Source: Cyanophora paradoxa CCMP329
Taxonomy: Eukaryota; Plantae; Glaucophyta
DNA: 64,000 nucleotides
Assembly: GCA_004431415.1 (NCBI GenBank)
Contig: QPMI01000408.1
Coordinates: forward strand, 1,163,364-1,227,363
Direction of reading: 5' to 3'
Below are positions 1-12,956 of this stretch, piece by piece. How positions within the stretch are numbered: position 1 is the first letter of the stretch; each line of letters starts with the position of its first letter. The notes beneath the pieces are model-generated. The model did no database searches, was not told the DNA's origin, and saw only the letters and a list, made by a program, of their open reading frames with translations. The position numbers were made by a program, and so were the translations under genes.

Positions 1-2370
1 CCGCAGGGGCGAGGCCGGGCCCGAGGGCGGGCCCGCCCGTATCGGCGAGATCGCCCGCCGCTGCCCCGCCGGCCGCCCCGCCGAGGAGGGCGCCGAGGGG
101 GGTACGACGAACGACGCGTCCGGCTGCGGGGGCTCCGGGAATCCGTCGTCGTCGTCGCCGCCGTCCTCCGCGTCGAAGGCGTACCCGTACCCCCCGTCGG
201 CATCGTCCCCCGGATCCCGCCACCCGGCGCCGCCGCCGGCGCCGCCGCCTGCGGACGCAGCCAGCGCCGAGCCGACGCGCTGCCTTAAGGACGCAGCTGC
301 CGCCGCCGAGGTCGAGGCCGGAGGCGACGGCGAGGGGGAGGGGCCGAAGAGGGGGTACGCCCGCCCGGGGCTCCCCGCCGAGGACACGAAGGAGGCCTGA
401 GGGGGCGGAAGGCCGCCGCCCGCGTCGGTACCCCCCGGGGAGATGGGTTCGGGCTCCTCCAGGGCCAGTCCGGGCCGGGCGCGCCCGGCGGCGGCCCGCT
501 GGCGCCTGAGGACCTCGCGGAGGCGCTTGGAGGGGGTAGTGGGATCCTCGAGCCGCTCGGGCTCGGGGTCCAGGGGTAGACGCTCGGCCGCGATTTCCTC
601 CAAGGAGGCAGGCCGGGGGGGAGCCGGGGGGGCGGGGAGGAAGCCCGAGGCGGGGGCGGAGGGAGGGGAAGGGGAGCGGGCCGGGGGAGGGGGAGGGGGA
701 GGGGAGGGGGAGGGGGCATCGTGGGAGGCGGCGGGAAGGAGGAGGGGAGCTCCCCTCGGAGCGCCCTGAGCCTCTGAGCGAACTGCGAGGAAACTGAGCC
801 CCAAAGGGGGGACGCGAACGGGTCCGGAAAGGGGGGTACCTTGAGCGTGAGGAGGGACTCGTCCGCCTCGCCCCTCCCGCACGGCGGCCGCGCGTGCGCG
901 AGCAGAGTCGCCTCGAAGGGGGGCGTCAGCCTGCGGGGGGTACGCCTTTCAGCGGGTAGGGTGGGGGGGTGAAGGGTCGTGAGGGGTACGCACGCGGGGC
1001 GGAGGACGTGGGTCAGCTTCGAGTCGCGGTAGGGGACGGGCACGGGCTCGGCGGGGGGCGGCGGGGGAGGGGACAGGGGGGGTACGACGGGCCCCAGGAG
1101 GGTTGCCAGTACCCCCGCGAGGGCGGAGAAGGCGCGGGCGACGCGCTGGCGTGCGGCCGGCGGCGCCGGCGGCGGACGGGAGACGCCGGGCGGGTCCAGG
1201 GCGGATGCTTCCCCCTCCCGGGCCTGACGCGGATCAGGGGGGGGGAGAAATGGCGGGGGGTACGCGCACCAGCTCGGCGTCGGCGAGGCGGGCGACAGCG
1301 AGGACGGCGGAGCCCTCCGGCTCCAGTCGGATCGTGTACACCACGTGGCAGAGGCGCGCCCGCTCCGCCCCGCCCGAGATCGACCGCGCCGCCCGCACCC
1401 TGCGCGGCGAAGCTCAAGACGCGCTAGAATCCCGTAACCCAGGACCGAGGGGGTACCGTTCCATGAGCTCCTGCACGTCGGACGGGGAGGCCACGCGGTG
1501 CTGGGACTGCGGCGATTTCGGCGCAGTCAACCGGAGGGGCCGCGGGAGGGAGGGGGGGGGCGGACGAGGCCCTGGACGGCGCCCGAGGCGGAGACGCGCA
1601 GGTGCGTGTTGCGGGGGCGGCATGCGTCGCTGAGCACCTCACCGTCCGCAGCGCTCACTGCGAAGGGCTGATCAGCGCTAGCGGCGCGGCGAAACAGCGG
1701 CGCAGCGGCGGCGCGCCTGCGGAGACGACGACCGTGGCGTCGGGATCGACCGCCGCCGCGTCGATCAGCTCGCACAGCATCCTCGGGACCTGTGCCGGCG
1801 TCGGCGCCGCGGGGGGGCGGAGGCGGCGGGGGCGCAGCGCACGAGGCCCCGGCCGTCCGCATCCGGGTCGACGCCCTCGACCGGCGAGCCCTCCGCCGAG
1901 TGCGTCTTGCCGCTGCCGCTCTCGCCGTACACCAGCACGGCGCTGCTCACGCCCTGCGAGGCGCGTGAGGCGCGGGGCGCGGAGCTGGCGCGCGGAGTGA
2001 AGGGCGCGGCCGGGAGCGACCTGCAGCAGGAGGTCCACAGCGCGCGCGCCGACCTCCTCGTACACATCGCGCTGCGTGCTCCGCTCGCCGAGCACCTGCG
2101 AGGCGCCTGGCTGAGCGCTGGCGCCGACTGGCGCGGGAGCAGCCTGGCAGCGGACCCGGTCAAATCCGAAGACGCGCTCCCCGCGGTACGACTTGTCCGG
2201 CCACACTACAGCGCCGTCTGTCGTTGCGAACGAGTCCGCGGCCGGCTCGTAGACTGGCCTGTCGAAGGGCGGGAGTTAGCCAGGAGCGGCGGGCGCGCTC
2301 GGCGAGGCGCAAGGGGTTTCTCTGACCCTCTTCGAAAGCGGACAACCGTCCGCAAGGCAGCCAGCTCCAT
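1..2370 (-). CDS. Kinesin motor-domain protein, atypical, multi-exon; 3' end runs off the window
   Basis: Spliced exons give LRTVVRFR, RVFGFDRV, STQRDVYEEVG, P-loop VLVYGESGSGKTHS (~1905-1940), RAFSALAGVLATL, VPYRDSKLTHVLRPA (~995-1040) and ESLLTLK|FAQRLR. Start is approximate. Confidence 0.85.
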
Positions 2371-2903
2371 TTCGTTCAACTGCTCCAGCCGTGCGCGCGC
2401 GTACCCGTCGACGTCGGCCTTCCCCGCAGCGAACCCCGCGGACGTCAGCCGCCGCTGCTGTGGCCTATTTGTCAGCAACTGAACGCCAGTAATTTTGCAG
2501 TGAACCCGGGAGCTCGCCAAGCCTGCCTGCCTGACCCAGCGCACTTCCGGACAGTCGGCGCCCGCGTCCGCGGGACGTCGCCGGAAGTCCAGCGTCTAGA
2601 TTGAAAGTGGGAATTGACAGAACGATATCTACAAGCACTCTACAGCCCATACCAGAGAAAGGACAGCTAACGTGTGGATCTACCCATAGTCCCTGACGCA
2701 CGGCCCCGGAAAGGAAGGAAAAGGAGGGGAAGTGCGCATCTACTAAACTAAAGCGAACAGAGAGTTAGCAGTTACACTATGTACATGAGCGATCGAGCCT
2801 GGCCCGACCGGGGCCGTGAAAACGCCAGCGACGTCTGGGGAAGAGGCCGACAAGCGGCGCCCTGGAGGCGACTCGGCGACCGCCGCGCCTCCGAGCTCCA
2901 AAC

Positions 2904-3551
2904 TCATTGCCAGCCGGGCTGCAGCGGCGATCGGTCAGAGAGGGCGGCATGGCAGGAGGCCGCAAGCGGCGCGGATAGGGCGCCGCGCTCGAATCCAGCG
3001 CTCGCACACGCACCTCTTTCTGCATCTTGGCCTTCTCGATGATAAACTTTCCTTCCTTGTACTTCTGCGACTCCTCGAAGGCCTCCTCATACTTCCAGCC
3101 TAGGATCGTCTGGCAGCACTGCAACCGCGTCAAGGGGCGAGCGCGAGCGCGGGGCGGGGGCGCCAACATTGCAGTAAATGTCGGCGACGGTGTGTAGGCC
3201 AGTTATGAGGATCCTGTCCTCCTTGGGCCCCAGGCACACGTTGACGACGTCATTGAACAAGTACGCACGCCCGTGACGGCCCTGAAAGGACTTGGAGATA
3301 ATCTGCGGACGCAACAGAGATTAGAAAGGAGCGTCGGTATCGACTCGCCGGCGCTCCCCGCGGCGCTCTAGAGGCTGCAAGCTGCGACGACGCCCGGTTC
3401 GCTTGCCTCGTCGTGGTTTGCAAGGTGGGCGTGGCAGTTGGAGCAGGAATACACTCGGGGGCCGGAGATGTACGCTTTGAAGAGCTGGGGGGGCGCGTCA
3501 GGCGCGCAGATGGGCAGGGCGGAACCGCCGCCGCAGCCGCACCCGCCCCAT
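2904..3551 (-). CDS. YPEL: Yippee-like zinc-binding protein (5 exons)
   Basis: MGR|[26 protein letters not shown]|[45 protein letters not shown]|[35 protein letters not shown]|PGWQ*, a close match to the Yippee family signature. Confidence 0.97.
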
Positions 3552-3690
3552 CTCAGAATGTCCTCAACGTCTTCGTGAACGCGTCAAGCGCCAGCGCCAA
3601 GCGCCGGCCTCTCGCTCTCAGCCAAGCGGGATGCAAAGTTCCGGGGTACAAGTGCGAGTAGCAGCGAGGACCCAGCGAATCGCGGCAACG

Positions 3691-4398
3691 ATGCCGGGCC
3701 TGGACCTGGGGGTGCGCGGCGGCGCGTGCCTGCGCTCTTGACGGCGCAACGCTGGACAGACCGACAGTGACCGTACGCGCGCAGGTCATCGACGCGGTGT
3801 ACGCACTCGGCGTCGGCGCGATGGCGGTCGGAGGCATCACGTTCATGCTGAGACAGGTTTGAGAGTGATGCTCCTGTCAGCGCCGCGCTGAGCCCGCCGA
3901 TCAGGGTTTCGCCGCCGAGCCGCGCAAGAAGCTGCCCAACACGCGCGCCCGGCCGGTGCGTCGCCGGGTCCACGCTTCGCCGCGTCGAATCCCGCTGGCT
4001 GCTGCTGCTGCGAGCTTCGAAGTCTCCTGAGCTGCTCGAGCTTACCGCACGGCGCCGGCGCCGCCGGCGCACGCAGACTATCGTGCAGCTGTGCGGGCAG
4101 TGCCTCGGCAGCGGCAGGGTGCGCTGCGATGCGTGCGGCGGCACGGGAACGGACGCGAAGCGCGAGACGAAGTACACGACGTGCAAGTGCGCGAGCGAGG
4201 CCGCTAGCGCTGCAGCTAATCATGAGCGGACTGCCACGTGCAACCGCGCGCAGCTGCGCACACGCCCGTGCGCCCTCCTGCTGATTCACAGTCGCGCGTT
4301 CTTCGCTCAGATGCTCGGTCTGCTCCGGCGCCGGAAAGATCGCGTGCCTCTACTGCAACGGCACGGGCGACTCGGCCAAGGGGAGCAGGAGGAGGTGA
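3691..4398 (+). CDS. Small DnaJ-type zinc-finger protein (4x CxxCxGxG) with N-terminal hydrophobic anchor and no J-domain
   Basis: MPGLDLG|VIDAVYALGVGAMAVGGITFMLRQ|TIVQLCGQCLGSGRVRCDACGGTG...TTCK|CSVCSGAGKIACLYCNGTGDSAKGSRRR*. Confidence 0.85.
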
Positions 4399-5092
4399 CG
4401 CCTGCGCCGGCGCCGGCTGCGGCGGCGCGGGATCCCGGAGCGCAGCCCCATCGTCCAAGCGCTGCGGAGTGCACGCGCCGACGTATATCAGTGCTTCCGT
4501 GACCGTTAAGCCCGATCGCCGCCGGCGCTGGGGCGCACTGCGGCAGGCGCCGGCGCTGAATTCGGAAGCTACGGCAGGCCGCACTGCGCATGCGGCAGGC
4601 GCCGGCGCCGGGGCGCCGGCGCCGGCCTTCCCAGCGCTGACCTCCACTGTGCCACGGTGGCTCGACTGTTGAGGCCCTTCGCTGAGGCTCGATCGTCGGA
4701 CGCTCTCTTGTTGTTTATTGAAGCTCATGTAGTAGATTTATTGTAGCCACAGCTAGCAATAGGTGTTGAGTTCTATAACAGATTTTGATATCGATATCTA
4801 GATCTAGATCTATATCTCGACGCAGTCAAACTTCGATTTCTTCGATTTGGCGCTTTCCGGGCCCCTGTCACCCAGCCCCTTCAGAACCCTCCCCGTCAAT
4901 TGCAATTTGCAATCCCCTCGAGCTCGGGCCTCGGCCAGGCAAGTGGGGGAGCAGTGCACGTTCCACCTATAATTAAGATAGAGCTCGAGGCTCCTGCAAT
5001 AGGGAGTCGGACGACCCCGAAAAACTGCAGCTGTCACTTTCCTGCCCTGATGTCGCTACCCTACCTACATAGCTATCGCTCAGGAGCCCGCG

Positions 5093-6058
5093 CTACAGGT
5101 CGGGGACGTCGGAGGACTTGATGATTTTGACGCCCTTGGCCCTGCACGCCTCCAGCTGCTTCTCGATGCACGCCGGGTCGATGCCCCGCGACGCGTCCTC
5201 GATGAGGAAGGTGGAGAAGCCCTCGCCGGCCGAATCCAGCGCCGAGAACGAGACGCAGTAGTCTGTGGCGAGCCTGCCGTGCCGCGGGGCGTGGGCGCGG
5301 GCGCGGCGTCGCGCGGCGGGTTAAGAGGAAAGCGGCGCGACGCACCCGCACATGTACACGTCCGTGATGCCCTTCTCCTTCAGGAGCGGGGCCAGCTCCG
5401 TTGCCTGCAGGCGCGCGTTGTCGTAGAAAGCCGAGTCTGCCCGCCGGCCGGGTCAGCGGCCACGCGCGCGGCGCGGCAGGGGCACTCACAGGAGTCCACT
5501 TTGATGTTCGTGCCCTTCTGCACGATGCGGTCGCTCTCCGCGCGCTCGAGGGCCGGGTGAAACTGCGCCCCGAAGGAACCCTGCGCGAAGCGAGCCTCAG
5601 CGCACTTCGCTCAACTTAAAGAAACTTAGCTAAGCCCGCGGCAGCGTCGCGTGGCGTCCGCGGCGGCTGCAGCGATCCGCGCGCGGTTCGTCGCACCTGG
5701 ACGCAGTGGTCAGGCCAGAGCACCTGCGGGCCCGTCTCGAGCTCCATCTGCTCGAATGGCTTGCGATCATGCGTGCTCGCAAAGCTCGCGTGCTTCGGCG
5801 GATGCCAGTCCTGCGGCGGCGGCGGTGAACGGCTGAACCGGCTCGCGCCCCGAACGCCGGGCTCGCCTGCGAGAGAACGATGAGGTGCCAGCCCTTCTTC
5901 CGCAGCCTGTTCACGATTTCCAAGATCTCTGAGGCGTTCGGCACGGCCAGGGCGCCGCCCTCGCAGAAGTCGTTTTGAATGTCCACGAGCAGGAGGCACC
6001 GCCGCCGCCCCGCGAAGATCGCTGGACAGCAGCTCCAGGAACGGTTAACGCACCGCAT
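5093..6058 (-). CDS. pncA: Nicotinamidase/pyrazinamidase (isochorismatase family)
   Basis: LLLVDIQNDFCEGGALAV, SQ|DWHPPKHASF, LWPDHCVQ|GSFGA, QKG, GLATDYCV, SRGID. Start is approximate. Confidence 0.95.
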
Positions 6059-6462
6059 CGCTCGCTGCGCGCTTGTCCGGCTCGCCGGATGACTTCGCGG
6101 CCGAGCTCGAGTCGGTCCTCTGAACACGCTCAAGTGATCATGACCCCCCCAACTGACACCAGCTGACAGAGCCCAGAGTGACGATTCGAGTACGTTACAA
6201 GCAACGCGCGTGCATCATGGCATGCACCCAGGCCAGGCGCGCCGGCCATACATGTACAATCCAGCCTAGGCCTCACTGAGTCACACTGTGACACGGCCGC
6301 GGCCTAGCCGCAGGGCCCGTCCGAGCCTCCGAGGCTCGCTGAGCATGGATCGAAAGAGGTGTCTTTAAATTCTATTTAAAACGATATGCAAATAGCACTG
6401 TATAGTACGACCTTCTGCCCTACTAATAAACTGCTTCGAGAAGAGCGCGCGGGCCTACTAGG

Positions 6463-8060
6463 CTACGCCCCGTCCTCCGCCAGCGCCCGCTTGAACGCCT
6501 CATACGTCGAGATGACGACGGCGCAGGCCGGCGTCACGCGCGTGATCCGCGCCGCCATGCCTGCGGCCCCGCCCCGAGCGCCGTCGGCGAGCGGACGGGA
6601 AGCATGCGGGGGGGTGGATGGGCATCATGGGGGGCGGACCGCGGGTGAAGCCCCGGAGCCCTTCGTTCGCCATTATGTCCCGCGAGATGTCCCACGCGCG
6701 GAGCCGCCGCTCCGCCGCGTGTACCTGTACCCTCGTCTTCACGACGTCTGCGGCGGAGCCGTCAGCGGCGCCGGGATCGGAGGGCCGTGGGGAGGGCGGC
6801 GCGCCGGCGGGGTTCGTTACGGCTGCCGCGAGCATTCCCGCGCCGCCGCCCGCGAGGAAGGACTGAAGGAAGGAGGACCCGTCCTTGAGCCTGCGGGAAG
6901 TGTAGTGGTCAGGCCGGCAGCTTATCGTCCTCCAAATCAGAGCGCACGAGAGGGGCCCCCGCAGCGTCTCGTACGCCCCCCAGTAGACCGCCGAGAAGGG
7001 GATGTCCCGGAGCAGCGAGACGCCCATACCCGTCCAGAGCCGCCTCCAGTTTTGCATGCCCGGCCCCGCAACCAGCCTGAAGCTCTCGATCATCGCTGGA
7101 GAGGGCGTCAGAGCTAAGCCGTCGTCAGAGCGGGGCGGGGGCGGCGCACTGGGCGCGCGGGCCGCGCCAACGTGCGCCTGCATCGAGGTGCGGACGAGCT
7201 CCAGAGGAACGAACACCGACGCGATGCCGCCGCGCGCGAGCGCCCCTGTGGCAGAGTTGGGCGGCGGATCGGAAGCGCGGCGGCGGCGCCGCCGCATTGC
7301 ACACCCGCGAGAAAAGCCGAAGCGACGGGCGGCTGCATGGGTCCCAGCGCGAACCCCGTCGACGCGATCGCTGCCTTCAGGTACTCGTACGACGAGAGAT
7401 ACCTGCAGGACGCGCCGTGCGTCAGAAGCAGAAGATTCGAGAGCGGCGGGGCGGGAGAGGGAGAGCACAGCGCGGAGGAAGGAACGGTCATGACGAGGCC
7501 GGGGCCGACTCCCCTCCACAGCGCTAGGGGTCCCTGCGAGTGCAACGGGGGCTCTGAGCTCGCGCGCGCAAGCCAGACGACGAAGCGGCGGGCGTGCCTC
7601 GTGCCGAACAATGTTCGCGAACGCCTGCATGCTGCCCGCATGACTGGAAGAGGCCTGCAGGCGCACAGAGATGACTTTCAGAACCAGCCAGTGAGCGGGC
7701 GGGGCTCAGCGAACCTGCACGCGGACTTTCACAACGTCGAACGGCGAAGCTGCGCGTGGGGTGAGCGGCAGGGCGCGCAGCAGTCTGTATCGACGAGCGC
7801 ACTGATGAGTGTGGCCGCAACGCTCCCGAGGGTGCTCGCCAGGATCTGGCTGCGGAAGTTCAATGATGGGAGCGACGCGCTCGAGCTTGGCGCCGGCTCC
7901 GCTGGGGCTGCCGCGAAGGCCTCGCTGTCATCCACGGACACCTGATGCGTGTGCGGCAACGGCGTCAGTGCGGTGGACGACGGCGGAGGGGCGAGCATGA
8001 AAAGACCTCGAGTGGGGGCAGCTGACTTCGCCTTAGCGCAGCCGTGGTCATTTCGGGCAT
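6463..8060 (-). CDS. Mitochondrial carrier, SLC25A39/40 (Mtm1)-like
   Basis: Carrier motifs FDVVK, PLELVRT and NPA|DVVKTR. Also LWRGVGPGLVMTVP, LLRDIPFSAVYW and RVTPACAVVISTYE, which are typical of this subfamily. Confidence 0.9.
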
Positions 8061-8252
8061 GCGGCCGCACGTCCGAAGGCGATCCAGCCCGATTCGAAGT
8101 CCACTCGCCAGGGTACGACCACGTGACAGGGTACAGGTGCGGCGCTTGGTAGTAGCAGGTGTTATGATGGCCAGCCACAGGGGAGGCCTCCCGGCGGTTG
8201 CCGGTGCGTTCCGAGTGGGATATGAGCCAGACCCGGCCTCAGGACGGCGCGA

Positions 8253-10959
8253 ATGATGGTGGCTCCTAACGGCGGCGGTACTAGCCACCGTTCTGGCGCG
8301 GCCAGCTGGCCATAGAACAGTCCATACAGCGTTATCCGTCACCCTCACCCGTCCGACGTCGGTCCTGTCCGGTGTTTAACGCCCGCTCCCGCCTCGCAGG
8401 CGGCATCCTCCTTGTCGTCCTCGCGGCGTTTGCCCCGGTTGCGCACAGCGCCTTCAGCAACGGTGTTGAAGGGTTTATTCAGCTTAAGCCCACGGACGGC
8501 GGTGATTTCGATGGGCTGGCGGTCTTTTCCTACAACGGGACAGCTAGCCCGCCGACGTTCGAGGTGCAGAGCTCCGAACGGTGCCTGCCAAGCCGAGTAG
8601 CATCATCTAACTGTATATGATGCAGTTCTTCGTGTACCATGGATTCTATGAGACGCTGGCGGCGACCGATATCACTCTGAACGGCGTGAGCGCTGATATC
8701 AAGATGACTTCTTCAGAGAAGTTCTTCTTCCACGGGACGTGCGTGCTCCTCTCGCTTCTCTCGTTCGAACTTTCTGAGCAGCGGCGTTTGCCAGGTTTGC
8801 CAACACGACCGGCTTCCTCACTCGGTCGTCTCCCGGGGCAGCCTGGACCATGAATGGAGAGATGGCTATTTTGAAGGCCGTCACAGTCGGCGGCGCCAGC
8901 GTGAAGTACAGGATGGCCGGCACCACCTGGACTCCTGCTTCGGGCGTCACGGAGATGACCTTGGTTCAGATGTACAACAAGGCTACCTGCGCGGGCCCTG
9001 CTGCGGGTACGACGAGCCCCTCGCATAATTCTTTTCTTGTCTAATCTCTCGTGAAGCCTTCCTCTGGAAGTCGGGAACCCCGGCTACAACCAACATCGTG
9101 TGGACGGGCGGCCCGGTTTCTCAGAACTTCACGTACGGTATTTTCATCAGCGACTCCGGTGATCTCAATCCCACCACTCCAGTCGGGGCCGCTACGTGGG
9201 CCGCTGCCGACAAAGACGCGTTCCCGAAGAAGCTGTGGGCGGTGTGCTTTTCGCAGCTCTTTCTTTCTTCCGTCTCTGTCTCATTCCCTACCTGCCGTAG
9301 ACCACGACCGCCACGGTCTCCGTCCTGGCTATCAGCGGCCTGAACGATGCCACCGCGAAGAAGTTCCCCGGGGAGGTCCAGAACATCGAGGCCATTCCCT
9401 CTCAGTGGGGGAGGACCCTCACGTTGGATCTCATCAAGCCCAAGGGCTGCACTCCGAGTGCGGCCGGCCGCTCCCAGCCCTCCCCCGCCTCGCCGCTCAC
9501 ATTTCTCCAGGCAACTCGACGTCGACCACTGCTCCCGCCAGCACCCTCTACGTTTACTTCCGCGGCACCCAGTGTTCGGCTATCAGCAAGACGGCTCTGC
9601 AAGACGCGGCCAACGCGCTGGCCCGCATCACGGGTATCACCGCCAGTGATTGCGTCCAAGCGACTCGCAAGGCCCGCCGCTCCACCCGTGGCACTGCCTC
9701 GGGGGTCGCCTCCAGCTCTGGCGTTCGTGTCCCAGCCGCCTTTCACGATCCGATCCCGCGCCCTAAAGCCTCTACAGGCTCGGTTCCAGCTCACATTCCC
9801 CGCTGGTGCCGGCGCCGCGGCTGCGACCCAGTTCCAGCGCTCGATCCAGTCCGGCTCTGGCCTCGCCGCCCTCGCCAACGCCCTCAACGTCGACGCGTCG
9901 GTCATCTCCATGACTGCCCTGGGCACCAGCGCCAACCCCACCGCCGGCGTTAGCACCGGCGGTCCGTCGACGTTGCTCTCGTGCCCCGCCGTTCCATCGC
10001 CCCTCATCCTTGTGGCGCAGCGCTGGCGTCTGTCGACACCACGAACCGCCTCCGCCTCATCTGTGAGCTCATCCCCCATTTGTTTCCCCCCCTTCTGCTC
10101 CGCTCAGACAGCCCCAGACAACCCGTTCTCGAACGTGATCAAGAGCTCGCTCACCGGCGCCCCGTCGGGGGGCGCCCAAACCCCGGCGAGCGATGAGCAG
10201 CTGCGCGCGGCGTTCTGCGGCGCCTCTGGCCAGTACGACTACGTGCGGAATGCCCCCGTCGTCCCGGCGTTCACCGACGGCCTCATCTCCGCCTACCTCC
10301 GGCACGGCGGCGCTGAGGCGCTCACCACCGCCTTCACGCCTCTTGCCAACCTCGCGCCCGTGGCCGGCGCCTCCGTCAGCCTCGGCACCATCGACCAGAA
10401 GACGCTGTACATCCCCGCGAGCTGCATGGTTGCTGCCAGCGACTCGGCCTCTGGCAAGCGCAAGCTCCTTCAGCTCGGCGGCTCCACCACCGGCAACACG
10501 TTCGGAGTCCAGACGGCGGTCGGCGCCATGAACGCCGTGCCCGTCTACGCCATCGTCTCGGGCGGCGTCGTGCGGGCTACGGGGACCGTGAACGGCGGCA
10601 CCAACCTGGTGGAACTCTCGATCGGCGTCGACAATCTCTACGGCCTGTTGAAGGCGGCCATGACCAAGACCGCGCCGGCGGGCACAAGCTGGGCCGCCGC
10701 CAAGACTGGGTTCTATGGGTACATCTCGAACTACGGCGTCCTTCCCGCCGACATCGCCAAGAACAAGAACCTGTGCCGCGAAGTCGTCGGCAATGTCATC
10801 AACACCCCCACCGGCAACGACTGGTACACTTCGCCCTGCTTCGTCCGCAACCCCGAGCTCGTCCTCCCTGCCGGCTACAGCGCCGCCGCCGTCCTCTCGG
10901 CCGGCCTCGTGCCCTTCCTCCTCGCCCTCGCCACCGCGGTCTACGCCCGCTACTTCTAG
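8253..10959 (+). CDS. Large secreted, C-terminally anchored (TM or GPI) surface protein of unknown family
   Basis: Signal-like ILLVVLAAFAPVAHSA, strong C/G-ending codon bias, T/A/G/S-rich exons, RKLLQ motif and hydrophobic tail SAAAVLSAGLVPFLLALATAVYARYF*. Start is uncertain. Confidence 0.75.
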
Positions 10960-11215
10960 GCGTGCGGCGGGCCCCCGTCCCCCTTTCTGTTTGTTAAGTA
11001 AGTCCCGCGGGGTACCCCCCCGCGGTTGCTTGTATGTAGGGTTAGTTTTACGTTCTCCCATCCTCTTATTTCGAGTGTGTCCTGATCCTTAGTAGGGGTA
11101 ATTACATCGTTCATTCGCGATTTCGATCGAACACGCTGCACACGGCATGCGCACGCCCGCCCGCTTAAAAGCAAGCGAGCACAGCTTCCAATCCGCGCCG
11201 CCTTCGCAACTAGAG

Positions 11216-12649
11216 CTAGCCGTCCTCCAGCGTATCGGACTCCACGGGCGCCCATGAGAGCCTATCCTCGAAGTCCTCAATCTGAAGCCAAGCAAAGCAG
11301 CGGGACTCGAGCTCAGCGATCGAAATGCAACATTTGATCCGAGGTAGGAAAGGAAAGCGGACCTGGAGGCGCGAGGCGCGGACCTTGCGGGCCGTGAAGA
11401 GGCGCCGGGCGGGGCGGGCCTCCCCCTCCGCCCACCGCCCGAACCCCGTCTCCTCCTCCCCGTACGGGAACGACCCTGCAATCCAGCCTGCGACGCGGGC
11501 GGATCAAATCCCCGCCCTAGGCCTCCTGCCGCCCCGCGCGCCCCGCACCGAGCTTGGCGAACGAAGACTCGACGTCGGACATCGAGAAGCGCCCAGCGGC
11601 GGCGCCCTCGCCCTCGCCCTCGCCCTCCGTGGCGACGTCCCCGAAGAGCCAGCTCTCCTCGCACGAGAGGTCCGAGATCGCCTCGAGGAGGGCGTCTCCC
11701 TCGTCCTGCGCGAGCCGGTCCAGGGCGCCGTCGATGACCCAGACAGTCGCGACGTTCACGTCGTGGCCCCGCATCTTCAGCACGTCCATCCAGAGCTGCG
11801 TGTCCCGCAGCGGCGCGACCACGCTGAAGAGCTTGCAGCCCGCCGGGACGGCCTGCAGCCCTGCGGCGGGCGCGGCGCGGTCGACGGAACGGAGAGGAGC
11901 GGAGCGGAAGGAAGAGGAAGCGCTTCGGCCGCGCACGGTCCAGGGTCTCCCGCTTGGCGTCAGCCACGTCCTTCTCCTCGACCTGGTACACGAACTGGTT
12001 CGTGCCCCACGGGAGCCGGTACGGACGCGCATCGAAGCCTGCAGGTGCGTGAGGCCGCGCGCGCGGGGCGGGCGGCGCGGGCGGCGTGCCGGTGCCGAGC
12101 AGGACGGCCTGCGGGAGGAGGCGGACGAGCACGGCGCGCTCGAGGAGGAACTCGTCTCCGAGCCGCGTGCGCACGGCCTCAAGCCTCTGCAGCTCGGCAT
12201 CCGGCTCCCCGCCGTCTTCCAGCAGCGCCGCGAAGCGTGCCGCGAGCGAGTCGTCGATCAGCCGCTCGCCCTCGGGCCTCGCGGTCTCCGCGGAGCGCGC
12301 CGCCGCCAGCTGCACGCACAGCTTGAATGCGTCGCTCGTCTGTGCCGCCGAGGACGGCCCTGCGCGTGCGAGGGGATCGGACAGAGAAGCTGGACCGGAA
12401 CCGGCGGCGGATTCTCGAACCAGGCGTGGAGGCGGAGGCGACCGGCGCGGCTTCGAAGGCACACGGCCTCCTTTGCCGACGCTCGGCGCGCACGCGCGTC
12501 GCTTTGTCTGCGCCCAGCTCAGCCGAGCGCGAAGCGGCCGGTGTGCAAAGCGGCGGACCGTGCGGGCAGCGCTGTCCGAGCCAGCCTGATGCCGGCCTAG
12601 AGACGGACGACGGCAGGGGGGCCACAGGAAGGGCGAAGGCGAGGCTCAT
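11216..12649 (-). CDS. SAM-dependent methyltransferase, LCM/TIGR00027-like, probably plastid-targeted
   Basis: Transit-like MSLAFALPVAP. Motifs AAARSAET..RLIDDSLA, AVRTR..DEFL, QAVLLGTG|FDARPYRLPW and TVWVIDG. Acidic tail RLQ|IEDFEDRL...EDG*. Confidence 0.88.
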
Positions 12650-12956
12650 CGGAATTTGCTGTACGCGGGGCCCGGAGGGGGGAAGAAGTCGAACGGGGGG
12701 AAGAAGTCGAACGGCCACAAAATTCGAGCGGCTTTCACAGCGAAGGTGCGGTCGTCCGGGGCGAGCAGACGTGAGTACCATCCTATAGACGCCATAGCTA
12801 TTGTCACCTAGCGACTCCTGCGTCCGGGCTTCGCTGAAGTCGCGCACCGACCGGCCCGCCAACTCCGGCTTCGGAATGGGTCGTAAACCTCAGCTATGGG
12901 CTCACAATGCTCGCAGATAACATCTTGAAGACCCGGAGAGGCGAGCGATCGATACG

